From NCBI GenBank assembly GCA_964016885.1, contig OZ024749.1:12090001-12154000 (forward strand): a DNA stretch of 64,000 nt, read 5' to 3'. Below, piece after piece: positions 63,614 through 64,000 of this stretch. Position 1 is the stretch's first letter; the number at the start of each line of letters is the position of its first letter. The DNA is from Eledone cirrhosa (Eukaryota). The position numbers were made by a program, and so were the translations under genes. The notes beneath the pieces were generated by a model, which worked only from the letters and a program-made list of their open reading frames with translations, was not told where the DNA came from and ran no database searches.

Positions 63614-64000
63614 GCATCTATTTGCATTTTTTTTCCCTCCAGAGTGGTTTATTTTTTTAGAACAGGAAGGCTTTGTCTAAATGCTCCCACACACCACTTA
63701 AAACAGATTGATGACATATCTCCTACTTCCTAATATTTTTAGATAGAGAAGAAATATATTGAAATGATGGTAGGAGGTAACAGGAGAAGAAATATATTGA
63801 TGGTAGGAGGAAACAGGAGAAGAACAAACAAAGAAGAAAATGATTAAAACTAAGAAATAGAAATTCTTGTGAAAAATTGCCAACAAGTAACAGTGGCATG
63901 ATAACACATATAATGTCAAAAGGGTGGAGAGTGAGAAGTTTAATGAATATAGTAATATATATACTAACATGTGATGAGTGTGATGCCACCTAGAATATCA

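Overview
AT-rich, repeat-dense animal genomic DNA, most likely a coleoid cephalopod (Octopus-like; inferred from the SINE and RTE families, not confirmed by search). Only one host coding exon is convincing: a 122-bp minus-strand exon (28107-28228) encoding the N-terminal half of a Src42A/FRK-type SH2 domain. The neighbouring exons were not found, so the window appears to be two very large introns. These hold several RTE LINE families (two with a PHD-like C4HC3 finger inside the RT region), partner tRNA-derived SINEs, and fragments of L1/Tx1, CRE-like, Penelope, mariner, hAT, Helitron and piggyBac-type elements. There are also five large minisatellites (48, 29, 42, 22 and 24 bp units). The most notable observations are the RT-embedded PHD finger, LINE/SINE exchange of tails and modules, decayed Penelope-type hammerhead motifs, and a binary 42-bp array whose variable base toggles a hairpin. 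No prokaryotic features or CRISPR arrays are present, and I cannot claim a demonstrated new biological system. TE boundaries and copy numbers were read by eye and are approximate.
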